The notes under the pieces were generated by a model. It was not told the DNA's origin. It did not search any database and was given only the letters and a program-made list of their open reading frames with translations. The position numbers and the translations under genes were made by a program. Positions 29,372-38,709 of a DNA stretch of 64,000 nucleotides are shown one piece after another. Origin of the DNA: Bdellovibrionales bacterium (lineage in GTDB: Bacteria > Bdellovibrionota > Bdellovibrionia > Bdellovibrionales > Bdellovibrionaceae); the NCBI GenBank assembly GCA_031370005.1, contig JANMPT010000110.1, forward strand, positions 120,500 through 184,499, read 5' to 3'. How positions within the stretch are numbered: the stretch's first letter is position 1; each line of letters opens with the position of its first letter.

Positions 29372-31066
29372 TTAGATATCCAGCTGAGTATTTGCATTCA
29401 GCTCGTCAATGGATGTAATTCCGGCGAGTACTTTTGTGATCCCATGATCACGGAAGCTTTTCATCCCATTGGCTGTGGCTTGTTTTTTAATGGTATTACC
29501 ATCCTTACGTTGCAAAACCAAAGAACGAATATCATCATTCACTATCAAAAGTTCTTGAATTACACTCCGGCCCAAATAACCTTTTTGGTTGCAGTGATTG
29601 CAACCAACAGGTTTGCAGACATTTCCTGACAAGACGAGTTTGCGAGTGACTCCTAAGGCGTTGATTTCAAAATCAGAAGGCTCGTAGGGTACCTTGCAGT
29701 GAGGACAGAGAACGCGCACAAGACGCTGAGCAATCACGCCCAAGATTGAAGTTGCAATTAAGAATGGCTCCACTCCGATATCAAAAAGTCGGGGAAAGGC
29801 CCCCGCAGCATCGTTCGTATGTAGGGTGGATAAAACCAAGTGACCAGTCATTGAAGAGGTGACTGCGAGCTCAGCGGTTTCTAAGTCGCGAATTTCTCCT
29901 ACCATGATAATGTCAGGGTCTTGACGGAGGAAGGATCGGAGGCCTGACGAAAAAGTTAACCCAATTTTTGCATTCACCTGCACTTGACCAATTCCGTGAA
30001 TACGTTGCTCCACTGGATCTTCCACGGTCAGGATATTTACATCGGACTGATTAAGTTTAGTCAGACAGCCATACAGGGTGGTGGACTTGCCTGAGCCCGT
30101 GGGCCCAGTGACGAGGAGGATTCCATAGGTGCGCAGAAGAAGGTCATTATCTAATTTATCAAGAGTTTCAGGAGAAAATCCCAGTTGAGTCAGCTCAAGA
30201 ACCACGTTGGATCTATCTTGAAGACGCATGACCAAACGTTCGCCGAAGGCTGTGGGCACCGTCGAGAGACGAATATCAATGTCTTTTCCGCCCACTTTAA
30301 GCGGAATACGACCATCTTGGGGCAGCCGCTTCTCAGCGATATTTAAATTTGCCATAACCTTAATGCGAGAGGTGATGGCGTTTTGCAGTTTCTTAGGCGG
30401 TCTGTAAATATCAAATAAAATACCATCAATACGCAGACGTACAACAATGTCTTTTTCATAGGGTTCAACGTGGATATCAGACGCCTTTTCTTTCACCGCA
30501 CGGAACAAAAGACTATTCACCAGCTTGATCACCGGGGCATCATCCTCGCCAGCCTCTAGAAGATCGATGGTGGATTCCTCGAGGTCATAGTCTTCAGCAT
30601 CGATATCATCCATGCCAGAAAGATTGGCCGTGCTTTTTTCGTAGACGCGATTGATGGCATCTTGAATTTTAGCAGTGGTGGTTACAAGCGGCTTTACTTT
30701 TTTTCCGAATAGCACACGCAAGTCATCCATTGCCTTTAAGTTCAAAGGATTGCTAGTGAGGGCAGTGACGGCTTCGAGCTCATCTTTGTAGGGGAGGATT
30801 GAGTTTGTTTTTGCGTAGTTGATAGGAATATCTCGAACCAAGTCCGCAGAGATATCGTTTACAGGGATATCTTTGATAAAATCAAGGCCCATCTCTTTGC
30901 AAAGATCACCCAAAAGTTCATCCGCTGTGGTGTATTCTCTATGGGAAAGTGCTTCACCAATTGTTACTGGACGAAGAGTAGACGGGTTTTTAAAGATCGA
31001 TTTGATCTGATCACTCGTCAGTGAAGTGCTTTTTTGTAGAATATTCGAAATATCCATTGAAGCCAT
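29372..31066 (-). CDS. gspE: T2SS ATPase GspE
   Basis: GPTGSGKSTT, LRQDPDIIMVGEIRD, TGHLVLSTLH and a tetracysteine motif. Confidence 0.97.
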   Translation of the reverse strand: MASMDISNILQKSTSLTSDQIKSIFKNPSTLRPVTIGEALSHREYTTADELLGDLCKEMGLDFIKDIPVNDISADLVRDIPINYAKTNSILPYKDELEAVTALTSNPLNLKAMDDLRVLFGKKVKPLVTTTAKIQDAINRVYEKSTANLSGMDDIDAEDYDLEESTIDLLEAGEDDAPVIKLVNSLLFRAVKEKASDIHVEPYEKDIVVRLRIDGILFDIYRPPKKLQNAITSRIKVMANLNIAEKRLPQDGRIPLKVGGKDIDIRLSTVPTAFGERLVMRLQDRSNVVLELTQLGFSPETLDKLDNDLLLRTYGILLVTGPTGSGKSTTLYGCLTKLNQSDVNILTVEDPVEQRIHGIGQVQVNAKIGLTFSSGLRSFLRQDPDIIMVGEIRDLETAELAVTSSMTGHLVLSTLHTNDAAGAFPRLFDIGVEPFLIATSILGVIAQRLVRVLCPHCKVPYEPSDFEINALGVTRKLVLSGNVCKPVGCNHCNQKGYLGRSVIQELLIVNDDIRSLVLQRKDGNTIKKQATANGMKSFRDHGITKVLAGITSIDELNANTQLDI

Positions 31067-31080
31067 CGATTGTTTTGCTC

Positions 31081-33318
31081 CTATTCGCCGCCGTTATCGT
31101 CTACTAACTTAGAGGTTTTTTTACCAATGCGATCAACAGTTTCTCCGAAGGGGTCCTTGCCGCCCAGTGATTTAATATACTTCAAACGATCATCCAATTT
31201 TCGATTTACAATTGCTTTTTGGTCGCCAGGGTTGCGGATGATTTTTGGAGTTAAAAAAACCAACAGATTCACTTTCTCTTTAGAAACTTCGCGGCCCTTA
31301 AACAACCAGCCAATGATTGGCAAGTCCCCTAGGAGCGGAACCTTCGAGACCTTCTCGGACTCTTTATCTTTCATTAAGCCGCCTAGAACCGCCGTGTCTT
31401 CATTTTTGATAACCAAAGTGGTTTTGATATTGCGCTTTGCGAGTGGTTGAGAGTTGTCTTGCAAAGCCTTTGGCAAAGTTACCTGAGTCGGTTGAGATAT
31501 TTTTTGATCGATTTCCATGCGAATAGTTTCAGAAGCTGGGCTGATAAAGGGTTTTATTGTCAGCTTTATAGTCGCTTCTTGGAAATTAGCGGAGCTGGTG
31601 ATTTGACCGGCGGCATTGGTTGTTTGAGTCACGCTGATGGGAACGCTATCACCGACTTCGATTTCAGCTGTTTGGTTATCTAAAGCTAAAATTTGAGGAG
31701 TTGAAAGAATATTGGCTTTGGTATTTGATTTAATGAAGTTAATGAAGCCGATCAGATTTGGAATCGAGATTTGACTTTTTGAAACAGGGTCCGTTACGGT
31801 CACGGATTTTCCGTCACCAAAACCCAAAGTTGCACCTGTCCCACCTAAAGGACTTAAGATACTAGCGAGGTCAAAACCACTGCTTACGAAGCCGGCTTTT
31901 CCGTATCCGGAATCAGAGTATTTGTAATAGCCCACACCCCAGTTGTTCGCATCCGTATTAGACATTTCCATAATGATGCTTTCAACAAAAACCTGATCGC
32001 GGGCGATATCAAGCTTACTGAGTATGTTTAAAACCATTTCATAGTCTTGTTTACTTGCTGTAATTACAAGGGCATTGGTGCTTTCATCAGCCGTAATTTT
32101 AACATCTCCGCCGAAGATTTCGGCGGCTTGGTTCGCCACAGGGTTTCCGCCCATGGGGTTTAGCAGGCTTCCGCCCACCGGCCTAGGCGCGGCATCTTTT
32201 GTCACACCTTGCAGAGTCTGGGCGATTGTTTTTGCGACACCATTTTTTACGTAGTAAACGTAAACGCCGCCAGCGTCTCCTGCGCGAATGCGGAAATCAA
32301 GTTGAGCAATGAGTTTTTTAAGACGTATGATGCCAGTTTTATTTCCCATTGCAATAATAGAGTTTGTACGATCTTCAGGAATGGCCATAAAAAAACTAGT
32401 GCCTTGCTGAGCACTGGTACTTGTAGTTCTAGAGAACCTTGGAACTCCAGCGGAAAAAGAGCCCGGTACAGTTCCCGCGCCTTTTGCCCCTTTATTAACG
32501 ATTTTATCCACGAGATCAGCGAGGTCTTTGGCTTTAGCATACTTGATTTGAATGACTTCAATTTGGTCTTCAAAGCCAGGAACATCCAATTGGTTGATGA
32601 TTTTCATCACACGATCAATGTTGGAACCATAGTCTGATAAGATCAAAGAATTTGTTGCCGTATAGACAGACATTTCGCCATCTTTAGAAGAAAGAATACG
32701 AAGATCTCTATTCACTTGGTCTGCTTGAATATGTTTTAAGTGGATTATGCGAGTGATCATTTGGTCAGAATTTGGATAGTAGGCCCCAGAATAAGTTTCA
32801 ATACTATCGCGCTGAGCGTTTCTTGCTGATTTAATTTTTAAGAAGCTGCCGCTTGGGACAACGGTGAAGCCATTGATTGCTAATGCTGACAAGAATGCTT
32901 TATAGGCTTCTGCTACGGTGATTTTACTTGGTGCCAAGATAGTGATTTTACCGCGAACTCCTGGATCGATAATGAAATTCTTACCCGTGAGCTCTGAGAT
33001 GGCTTTAATCACATCGGTGATTTCGACATTGGGGAAGTCGAAGGACTCGATGGTCTCTGGGAAATTTTCATTGGTGATGTCTTCAAGACCCGCTTTTGCA
33101 AATTTGCTCTGTTGGGGCTTGGTGAGAGCTCCCGGCTTTCCAACATTGAAGCTATTCTCTGGCCTAGAGGGGAACGACGGAGGGGAAGGCGAAAAGCCCC
33201 CGGCAGAAGGCATAGGTGGCGGTGGTGGAAAGCCTTGTGCTAGGCCAACTTGGGTTATAAAGAGAGACGCCACTCCGAGCACCATCCTCTGTTTCTTTGT
33301 TAGCATCATTTCATCCAC
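31081..33318 (-). CDS. gspD: T2SS secretin GspD
   Basis: N0 domain (FIIDPGVRGKITI), N1-N3 repeats, secretin motif KVPLLGDLPIIGWLF..LLVFLTPKII; Pro-rich N-terminus. Start may be ATG 33309. Confidence 0.96.
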   Translation of the reverse strand: MDEMMLTKKQRMVLGVASLFITQVGLAQGFPPPPPMPSAGGFSPSPPSFPSRPENSFNVGKPGALTKPQQSKFAKAGLEDITNENFPETIESFDFPNVEITDVIKAISELTGKNFIIDPGVRGKITILAPSKITVAEAYKAFLSALAINGFTVVPSGSFLKIKSARNAQRDSIETYSGAYYPNSDQMITRIIHLKHIQADQVNRDLRILSSKDGEMSVYTATNSLILSDYGSNIDRVMKIINQLDVPGFEDQIEVIQIKYAKAKDLADLVDKIVNKGAKGAGTVPGSFSAGVPRFSRTTSTSAQQGTSFFMAIPEDRTNSIIAMGNKTGIIRLKKLIAQLDFRIRAGDAGGVYVYYVKNGVAKTIAQTLQGVTKDAAPRPVGGSLLNPMGGNPVANQAAEIFGGDVKITADESTNALVITASKQDYEMVLNILSKLDIARDQVFVESIIMEMSNTDANNWGVGYYKYSDSGYGKAGFVSSGFDLASILSPLGGTGATLGFGDGKSVTVTDPVSKSQISIPNLIGFINFIKSNTKANILSTPQILALDNQTAEIEVGDSVPISVTQTTNAAGQITSSANFQEATIKLTIKPFISPASETIRMEIDQKISQPTQVTLPKALQDNSQPLAKRNIKTTLVIKNEDTAVLGGLMKDKESEKVSKVPLLGDLPIIGWLFKGREVSKEKVNLLVFLTPKIIRNPGDQKAIVNRKLDDRLKYIKSLGGKDPFGETVDRIGKKTSKLVDDNGGE

Positions 33319-33347
33319 CTTCCTTTGCGGACTAAAATCTTAAAAAA

Positions 33348-34271
33348 CTACTGAATTGAGTAATCAAGGGTTTCATTGCGTCCACCACGATCAACACTCA
33401 TTTTGATATTGTTTGAGTTCTTAAACATATTAAAAAGCTCCATGGCTTTTTGCGGTGTATCTACGGGCTCCCCATTAACTGTCTTAATCAGGTCCATGCG
33501 TTGGATTCCAAGTTGCGAGAAAATGCTGTTTGGCTGAAAATCCACAATGCGGTAGCCGATGACTTCCCCCGTGACCTTGTCGCGGGCAGGAACTGCACGG
33601 GCCTGCATAAGAATACTGGGAAGATCGTTTAGATATTTTTGCAGATCAGCGCGTTTGATAGTGAATTTATTGTCGCCAAGATTTTTAACTTCGCCGGAGC
33701 CACCGGCAACAGGAGTCATTGCGCCAAAGGCGACTTTTTGATTTCCGTAGGGCTTCATTTCAATAAATTCAAGAGCATTGCTATTAAGATTTCGTAAAAT
33801 GACCTTTTGTCGTTCGACCTTTAGTAGCGTTGCTAGGTTTTCAATATTTCTTTTAGGAGTATAAGACAGAGTTTGATTTTTTCCTCGAATTTCGATGGCC
33901 GCAATAGATTTTTCGGGATTGGAGCTTACGAGGGTTCCAATAAGATTTAGAGGTAACTGCGAAAGCACCGGAGCCATTTCATCCATTTTATTAGGATCTT
34001 GACCTTTGGGAATCAAGGCGTTGGGAATGAGACCATCTGCAGAAAATATGTTACGAGAAATAATAGTATTAAGCGCTCCGCGGGAAACTAAATTATCATT
34101 TATAGTTTTTTTGGGGTGAGCTGGGGGAGTTTGATTTGGGAGCATAAGGTCGCGATAGCTTAAGATCAGCAAATCAGCCACAGTAAAGCCGATGAAGACA
34201 AAAAGAAGATATGATAGCCATGGTTCAAAAGCAGGGCGCTTTTCTTTTAACTTTTTATTGTCTATGGCCAC
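33348..34271 (-). CDS. gspC: T2SS protein GspC (HR and PDZ domains)
   Basis: TM, RNIF, LNLIGT HR domain, C-terminal PDZ (LGIQRMDLIKTVNG). Confidence 0.9.
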   Translation of the reverse strand: MAIDNKKLKEKRPAFEPWLSYLLFVFIGFTVADLLILSYRDLMLPNQTPPAHPKKTINDNLVSRGALNTIISRNIFSADGLIPNALIPKGQDPNKMDEMAPVLSQLPLNLIGTLVSSNPEKSIAAIEIRGKNQTLSYTPKRNIENLATLLKVERQKVILRNLNSNALEFIEMKPYGNQKVAFGAMTPVAGGSGEVKNLGDNKFTIKRADLQKYLNDLPSILMQARAVPARDKVTGEVIGYRIVDFQPNSIFSQLGIQRMDLIKTVNGEPVDTPQKAMELFNMFKNSNNIKMSVDRGGRNETLDYSIQ

Positions 34272-34436
34272 TGGTCAATTCCTTTACCAATCCTTTGTTA
34301 AATCAGGGATTTGAATCCTTTAAGCTCAAACATATCCTAACAAAAAGGCTTGGTCCTGGGCAGAAAGAAAATTGGACCTAGACCTTAGCCTGTCAGGACT
34401 CGGTGGCAGGGGGGAGTTCTGTTACCTTATAAATAT

Positions 34437-34937
34437 ATGAACGTGGTTTATTTCACGCTGGGTGAATCAATTATTGATGTTGAGGTCCGCGCGCAACTTT
34501 TGCGCGTGCCCGAAGTGCTTTCTGATCTTCGGCAAGCTCAAGACTTTATTCCGAATATGGATTTGATTTCTATCATGGGATCGCAGGAGCTTTTTCAAAA
34601 AGTTACTAAAGATTTTCAATTGAAATTGGCGCAGCTTCTGCAAGAGTCTTTATTTAAGCGGTGGAAAGCCTCAGGCGTTCATTATGATATTATAATTGAG
34701 CGAAGAAAGTTTAGTGATTCTGCTGCGTGGCGCAGGTCTCTTAAGGAGTTGCTTCACAATAGTGCAGAATTTCATATGTACGTTTTTGGTCCTGGATTTG
34801 ATGATTTTGAATATGAAGTTGGCAAATTAAAATTTAAGATTCCGCCGCAAATTTTTCTGCATGAAATAATCTCAGAAGATCCAATGTTGGACTGGTTCTG
34901 GCCAACGATCATGCAGGGCGCGAAGCTTTCTGCTTAA
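34437..34937 (+). CDS. Hypothetical protein with weak resemblance to a degenerate acyltransferase (FabD/AT-like) fold
   Basis: Clean ORF divergent from gspC with an extended -10 promoter; family resemblance judged by eye only. Confidence 0.55.
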   Translation: MNVVYFTLGESIIDVEVRAQLLRVPEVLSDLRQAQDFIPNMDLISIMGSQELFQKVTKDFQLKLAQLLQESLFKRWKASGVHYDIIIERRKFSDSAAWRRSLKELLHNSAEFHMYVFGPGFDDFEYEVGKLKFKIPPQIFLHEIISEDPMLDWFWPTIMQGAKLSA

Positions 34938-34954
34938 TATATAATTCGTTTTAG

Positions 34955-36667
34955 TTAGCCAAAAGTAAATGCGAAGGCCTGTACTCCCGGGTCTAAAAAT
35001 TCAATTTCAAAGGTTTTATCTTGAAGATCCTGGGTGTCTTTTTGGCGAATCAGCTGATAAAGGCGGTTTTCTTTTACTTTGCCAATCCCATTGGTATTAA
35101 TGTCTATTCCGTGGTCCGCAGCTGGAGCTTTGCCATCAAGGGTGACTTTGAAACGTATTTCTTTGCCAGGGGTGCTGGGGCCAAGCACCAGATGCAGATC
35201 GCGGGCGTGAAAGCGAAAGGTGATTTTTCCTGAAGCCTTTATAAGCGTAGCTTCTTGAGATCCAATTCGCCAGCTTCCAGTAAGCCCCCAATCGTTGAGC
35301 TTTAGATCTTTATCCACGGAGTAGCTGACGGCCTTATCAATTACTAAGCTAGGTGTGACTTGAAGATTTTCTGCTCGACTATAACCTATATAGGTTTCAG
35401 GAGAGCGGACCTCTTTTAAATCTCCAGGGGCCTGAGCTCCTGAGCCTGAAACTTGTACAAAGTTACTGGCTCGAGCTTGCGTGCTTTCGCCTAGTAGATC
35501 CTGCAGAACTTTTTCAGACTCTTCATAGTGTCCTTCGCCGAAATGATGATAGCGAATATTGCCACTACGATCTGCAAAGTAGTGAGCTGGCCAATATTGG
35601 TTTTTAAATGCGTTCCAAATTATATAATTATTATCCACAGCCACTGGATAGGTAATGCCTAGGTCTTTCACTGCATTAGATACATTTGTTAAATCCTTTT
35701 CAAAGGCGAACTCCGGGGTGTGAACACCGATGACCACTAAGCCTTGGTCTTTGTATTTTTCTGCCCAGGCTTTGACATAAGGTAAAGTTCTTAAGCAGTT
35801 GATGCATGAGTAAGTCCAAAAATCTATGAGTACCACTTTGCCTTTTAAGTCTTGTTTCGTTAGTGGTGCAGAGTTTAGCCAAGATACAGCCCCATCAATT
35901 TCGGGCAATGGACCTTCGTTATCTTCTGTTGTGGTTTCCTGTGGTGCTGAATTATTTTTGAACAGATGAATCAAACTTTGTTCTATGGATTCGGTTTGAA
36001 TTTTTGAGATTTTCGTTAGTATTGTGCGGTCGAGATTAAAAGCAATCATCACAACGCCTACTAAGATCGCTCCACCAATAATTTTTTTTACCCTGCTTTC
36101 AACTTTGAGATATTTTTTCATTTTCCCAAAAACTTTGCCTCCAGCAAGAAGAGCCAGAGCTAAAGAGCTTCCAGCGCCGAGGGCATAGGCAAACAAGAAA
36201 GCCGCTGCGGCAGTGGGGCTTCGTTGGGAAGCGGCACCAGTTAAAATGAGTCCCAGAATAGGGCCGGCACAAGGGGCCCACAAAAATCCCGTAGCAGCGC
36301 CAATCAGAAAAGATTGGCGGGGGTTTGCAGCGTCTTTGTTGGAGTTATTTAGCTTTACTCCCAGACGAGTGAGTGGGGCTAAAAGAGTTTCTAGGTATAT
36401 GGGGAAAATCAAAGATAAGGCAAAGAAGCTTAAAAGAGCTAAGGCTAGCCATCTGCTAAAAATATTAGCTTGGGCCACCCAGGTTCCTCCAGCCACTGCA
36501 AGAACTGAAATGCCAGTGAAGCTTACCGCCATCCCGCTCAAGAGCGGCAGGCCACTCTTGTAAAAGGCCTGATCCGCCTTTGCAAAGACAAAGGGAAGAA
36601 CTGGAAGAATACAGGGGCTAAGAATGGTTAAGAAGCCCCCAATATAAGACAATATTAAGAGGAACAT
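34955..36667 (-). CDS. dipZ: DipZ: CcdA/DsbD transmembrane domain, thioredoxin and C-terminal domain
   Basis: SPCILP and WAPCAGP TM cysteines; WTYSCINC thioredoxin; SPETY..RLYQLIRQ..AFTFG tail. Confidence 0.92.
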   Translation of the reverse strand: MFLLILSYIGGFLTILSPCILPVLPFVFAKADQAFYKSGLPLLSGMAVSFTGISVLAVAGGTWVAQANIFSRWLALALLSFFALSLIFPIYLETLLAPLTRLGVKLNNSNKDAANPRQSFLIGAATGFLWAPCAGPILGLILTGAASQRSPTAAAAFLFAYALGAGSSLALALLAGGKVFGKMKKYLKVESRVKKIIGGAILVGVVMIAFNLDRTILTKISKIQTESIEQSLIHLFKNNSAPQETTTEDNEGPLPEIDGAVSWLNSAPLTKQDLKGKVVLIDFWTYSCINCLRTLPYVKAWAEKYKDQGLVVIGVHTPEFAFEKDLTNVSNAVKDLGITYPVAVDNNYIIWNAFKNQYWPAHYFADRSGNIRYHHFGEGHYEESEKVLQDLLGESTQARASNFVQVSGSGAQAPGDLKEVRSPETYIGYSRAENLQVTPSLVIDKAVSYSVDKDLKLNDWGLTGSWRIGSQEATLIKASGKITFRFHARDLHLVLGPSTPGKEIRFKVTLDGKAPAADHGIDINTNGIGKVKENRLYQLIRQKDTQDLQDKTFEIEFLDPGVQAFAFTFG

Positions 36668-36684
36668 ACATAACTCCTGTGCTT

Positions 36685-37191
36685 TTATTTTTTAAATAGG
36701 CTTAAGTACTCTTTGTAGCCATCCTTTTCTAAGTCACTCACCGGAATAAAACGAAGGGATGCAGAGTTCAAGCAATAGCGAAGGCCCGTGGGCGCTGGTC
36801 CATCATCAAAGACATGCCCCAAGTGGGAGTCTGCGTTTAGACTGCGCACTTCTGTTCGTTTTACCAAAAGCAGATGATCTGTTTGAGTCTTAATAAATTT
36901 ATTGTCCAAAGGTTTTGTAAAACTTGGCCATCCTGTACCGGAATCGTATTTATCTTTAGAACTAAACAGTGGCTCGCCAGAAACAACATCGACATAGATG
37001 CCTTCTCTGTGATTGTCCCAATACTCATTATGAAAAGGAGCCTCGGTGCCCTCTTTTTGGGTCACTTCATATTGAGTCGAAGACAGTTTCTGTTTCAGCT
37101 CCACTTGAGAGGGTTTCTTAAAATTTGTCATATCCACCGCCAGTGCGTGAGTTGTGATTAGGCTAATAATTAGAACGAAAAATGACCTCAT
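36685..37191 (-). CDS. msrB: Exported peptide-methionine (R)-S-oxide reductase, zinc-free and single-Cys
   Basis: [32 protein letters not shown]; Sec signal ..THALA. ATG 37191 follows GGAGG. Confidence 0.95.
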   Translation of the reverse strand: MRSFFVLIISLITTHALAVDMTNFKKPSQVELKQKLSSTQYEVTQKEGTEAPFHNEYWDNHREGIYVDVVSGEPLFSSKDKYDSGTGWPSFTKPLDNKFIKTQTDHLLLVKRTEVRSLNADSHLGHVFDDGPAPTGLRYCLNSASLRFIPVSDLEKDGYKEYLSLFKK

Positions 37192-37238
37192 CGAACACCT
37201 CCCATGATGCTTTTTCAATTCTTGTTTTCAGAAGTTTA

Positions 37239-37265
37239 TTCGAAAGCGGGTCAGAAAAGGTTACA
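37239..37265 (-). promoter_or_regulatory. ECF sigma promoter for msrB-dipZ
   Basis: Minus strand reads TGTAACC-ttttctgacccgcttt(16)-CGAA; same boxes and spacing as 37396-37422. Confidence 0.85.
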
Positions 37266-37395
37266 TCGGATTGTAATATTTAAAAATATTTCTTCTCAAT
37301 TTGATATGTGATTGATATGCGCAACGCGTAAGTTGCTGGAAATTCTGGTATTCTATGAGCTAAATAAGGGCTCCTATAATAAATCCAATAATAAT

Positions 37396-37422
37396 TGTAA
37401 CCTTTTTTAAGGATGTTGCGAA
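37396..37422 (+). promoter_or_regulatory. ECF sigma autoregulatory promoter
   Basis: TGTAACC-ttttttaaggatgttg(16)-CGAA directly ahead of the sigma gene body. Confidence 0.85.
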
Positions 37423-38048
37423 TGAACGTTAAAGGCAGTGAGAAAACAAGCCTTGATCGGTCTCGGGATGAACTGGAGCTTTCTCAATTAATGAGGAATT
37501 CACAGGGTGGTGATGGTGAAAGTTATCGTCGTTTGCTCATTAGGATTCGTGCCATGTTGCTAAAATATGTTGAAAATTCATTTGCACGTTTTGGCTTAGC
37601 TTCCGGAGGGGGGCAGGAGGACGTTTTACAAGACGCACTTTTGGCAGTGCATTTAAAAAGGCATACTTATGATCCGCAACAGTTCTTCCTGCCTTGGCTT
37701 TATGCAATTGCCCGCTATAAATTGATCGATTATTTGCGTAAGAACAAAGTGAGCTTGAAGTCTACGGTTTCTTTGGACTCCTTGGCTGACGAGCTTGAAA
37801 ATATCGAGGCTTTGAGTAATCTTGATGTGACTTCACAATTGGATCTTGAAGTTCTTTGTGAATCGCTACCTGAAAAACAAAAAAAGCTTCTAAAATTAGT
37901 GAAACTTGAAGGTCTTTCCGTAGAAGAGACGGCCAGGCGCACTGGTTTTTCCAAAAGTGATATTAAGGTTAGCATTCATCGCGCAATTAAATTTTTAAAA
38001 GACAAGGTCAAAAATCAGATCAAGGAGTCTCATCATGAAAACAGATGA
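37413..38048 (+). CDS. ECF sigma-70 factor (SigF/EcfF-like, paired with NrsF); start codon uncertain
   Basis: Region 2 EDVLQDALLAVHLKRHTYD..PWLYAIARYKLIDYLR; region 4 EGLSVEETA..KVSIHRA. Confidence 0.93.
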   Translation: MLRMNVKGSEKTSLDRSRDELELSQLMRNSQGGDGESYRRLLIRIRAMLLKYVENSFARFGLASGGGQEDVLQDALLAVHLKRHTYDPQQFFLPWLYAIARYKLIDYLRKNKVSLKSTVSLDSLADELENIEALSNLDVTSQLDLEVLCESLPEKQKKLLKLVKLEGLSVEETARRTGFSKSDIKVSIHRAIKFLKDKVKNQIKESHHENR

Positions 38049-38679
38049 CTTGATTTCACAACTTGCAAAGGATTTAAAGCCTGTTCGATCCCCAGAAAAT
38101 TCTTTTATTTTTGCTATAAAGTGGAGCTTTGTGAGCTTTATTCTGATTGCAATTCTTATTGAATTTATAAAGCCGCGGTTGGATCTTTTTAACGGTCGGC
38201 AGGAATTGGACATTGTTTTGCAGGTCCTCTCTTTTTCAGGATTACTTTTCGTTTCTCTTTTCCTGATCTCTTGGCGCTCGTCGCCAGGTCGGCCGCGTCA
38301 GGATATTTATTCATGGATACCTGTTCTGATTTTATGTATCGGCTTACTGGTAAATTTGATCTATGTTTTTGGCCTCAGTACCGAAGCAATGTCCATAGGT
38401 ATGGATGTTCTTGGTTCTAGTTGTGCTTTTGTCGCAATGGCCGTTGGAGCTGTGACAGGCACTATTTTTACTCTCAAAGCCCGTCAGGGGGCAAGCACGA
38501 GCCCTCTTAAAAGCGGAGCTATCGTAGGGCTTGCGGCCCTTGGTGCTGGCGGTCTTGCGATCACTTTGCATTGTGGCGACAGTAATGGCATGCACATCTT
38601 ATTGTGGCATTTCCTAGTTCCCTCCATAGCGATGGCTATTTTTGGCTTAGTTATCGGTAAAAAGATTTTACGTTGGTAG
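38035..38679 (+). CDS. nrsF: NrsF/DUF1109 family membrane anti-sigma factor
   Basis: MKTDDLISQLAKDLKPV N-terminus; six TM segments; Cys in SSCAF and LHCG; ends ILRW; overlaps the sigma gene. Confidence 0.88.
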   Translation: MKTDDLISQLAKDLKPVRSPENSFIFAIKWSFVSFILIAILIEFIKPRLDLFNGRQELDIVLQVLSFSGLLFVSLFLISWRSSPGRPRQDIYSWIPVLILCIGLLVNLIYVFGLSTEAMSIGMDVLGSSCAFVAMAVGAVTGTIFTLKARQGASTSPLKSGAIVGLAALGAGGLAITLHCGDSNGMHILLWHFLVPSIAMAIFGLVIGKKILRW

Positions 38680-38709
38680 TTTTTTATCACCTAAATAAAG
38701 GAGAGCGCC

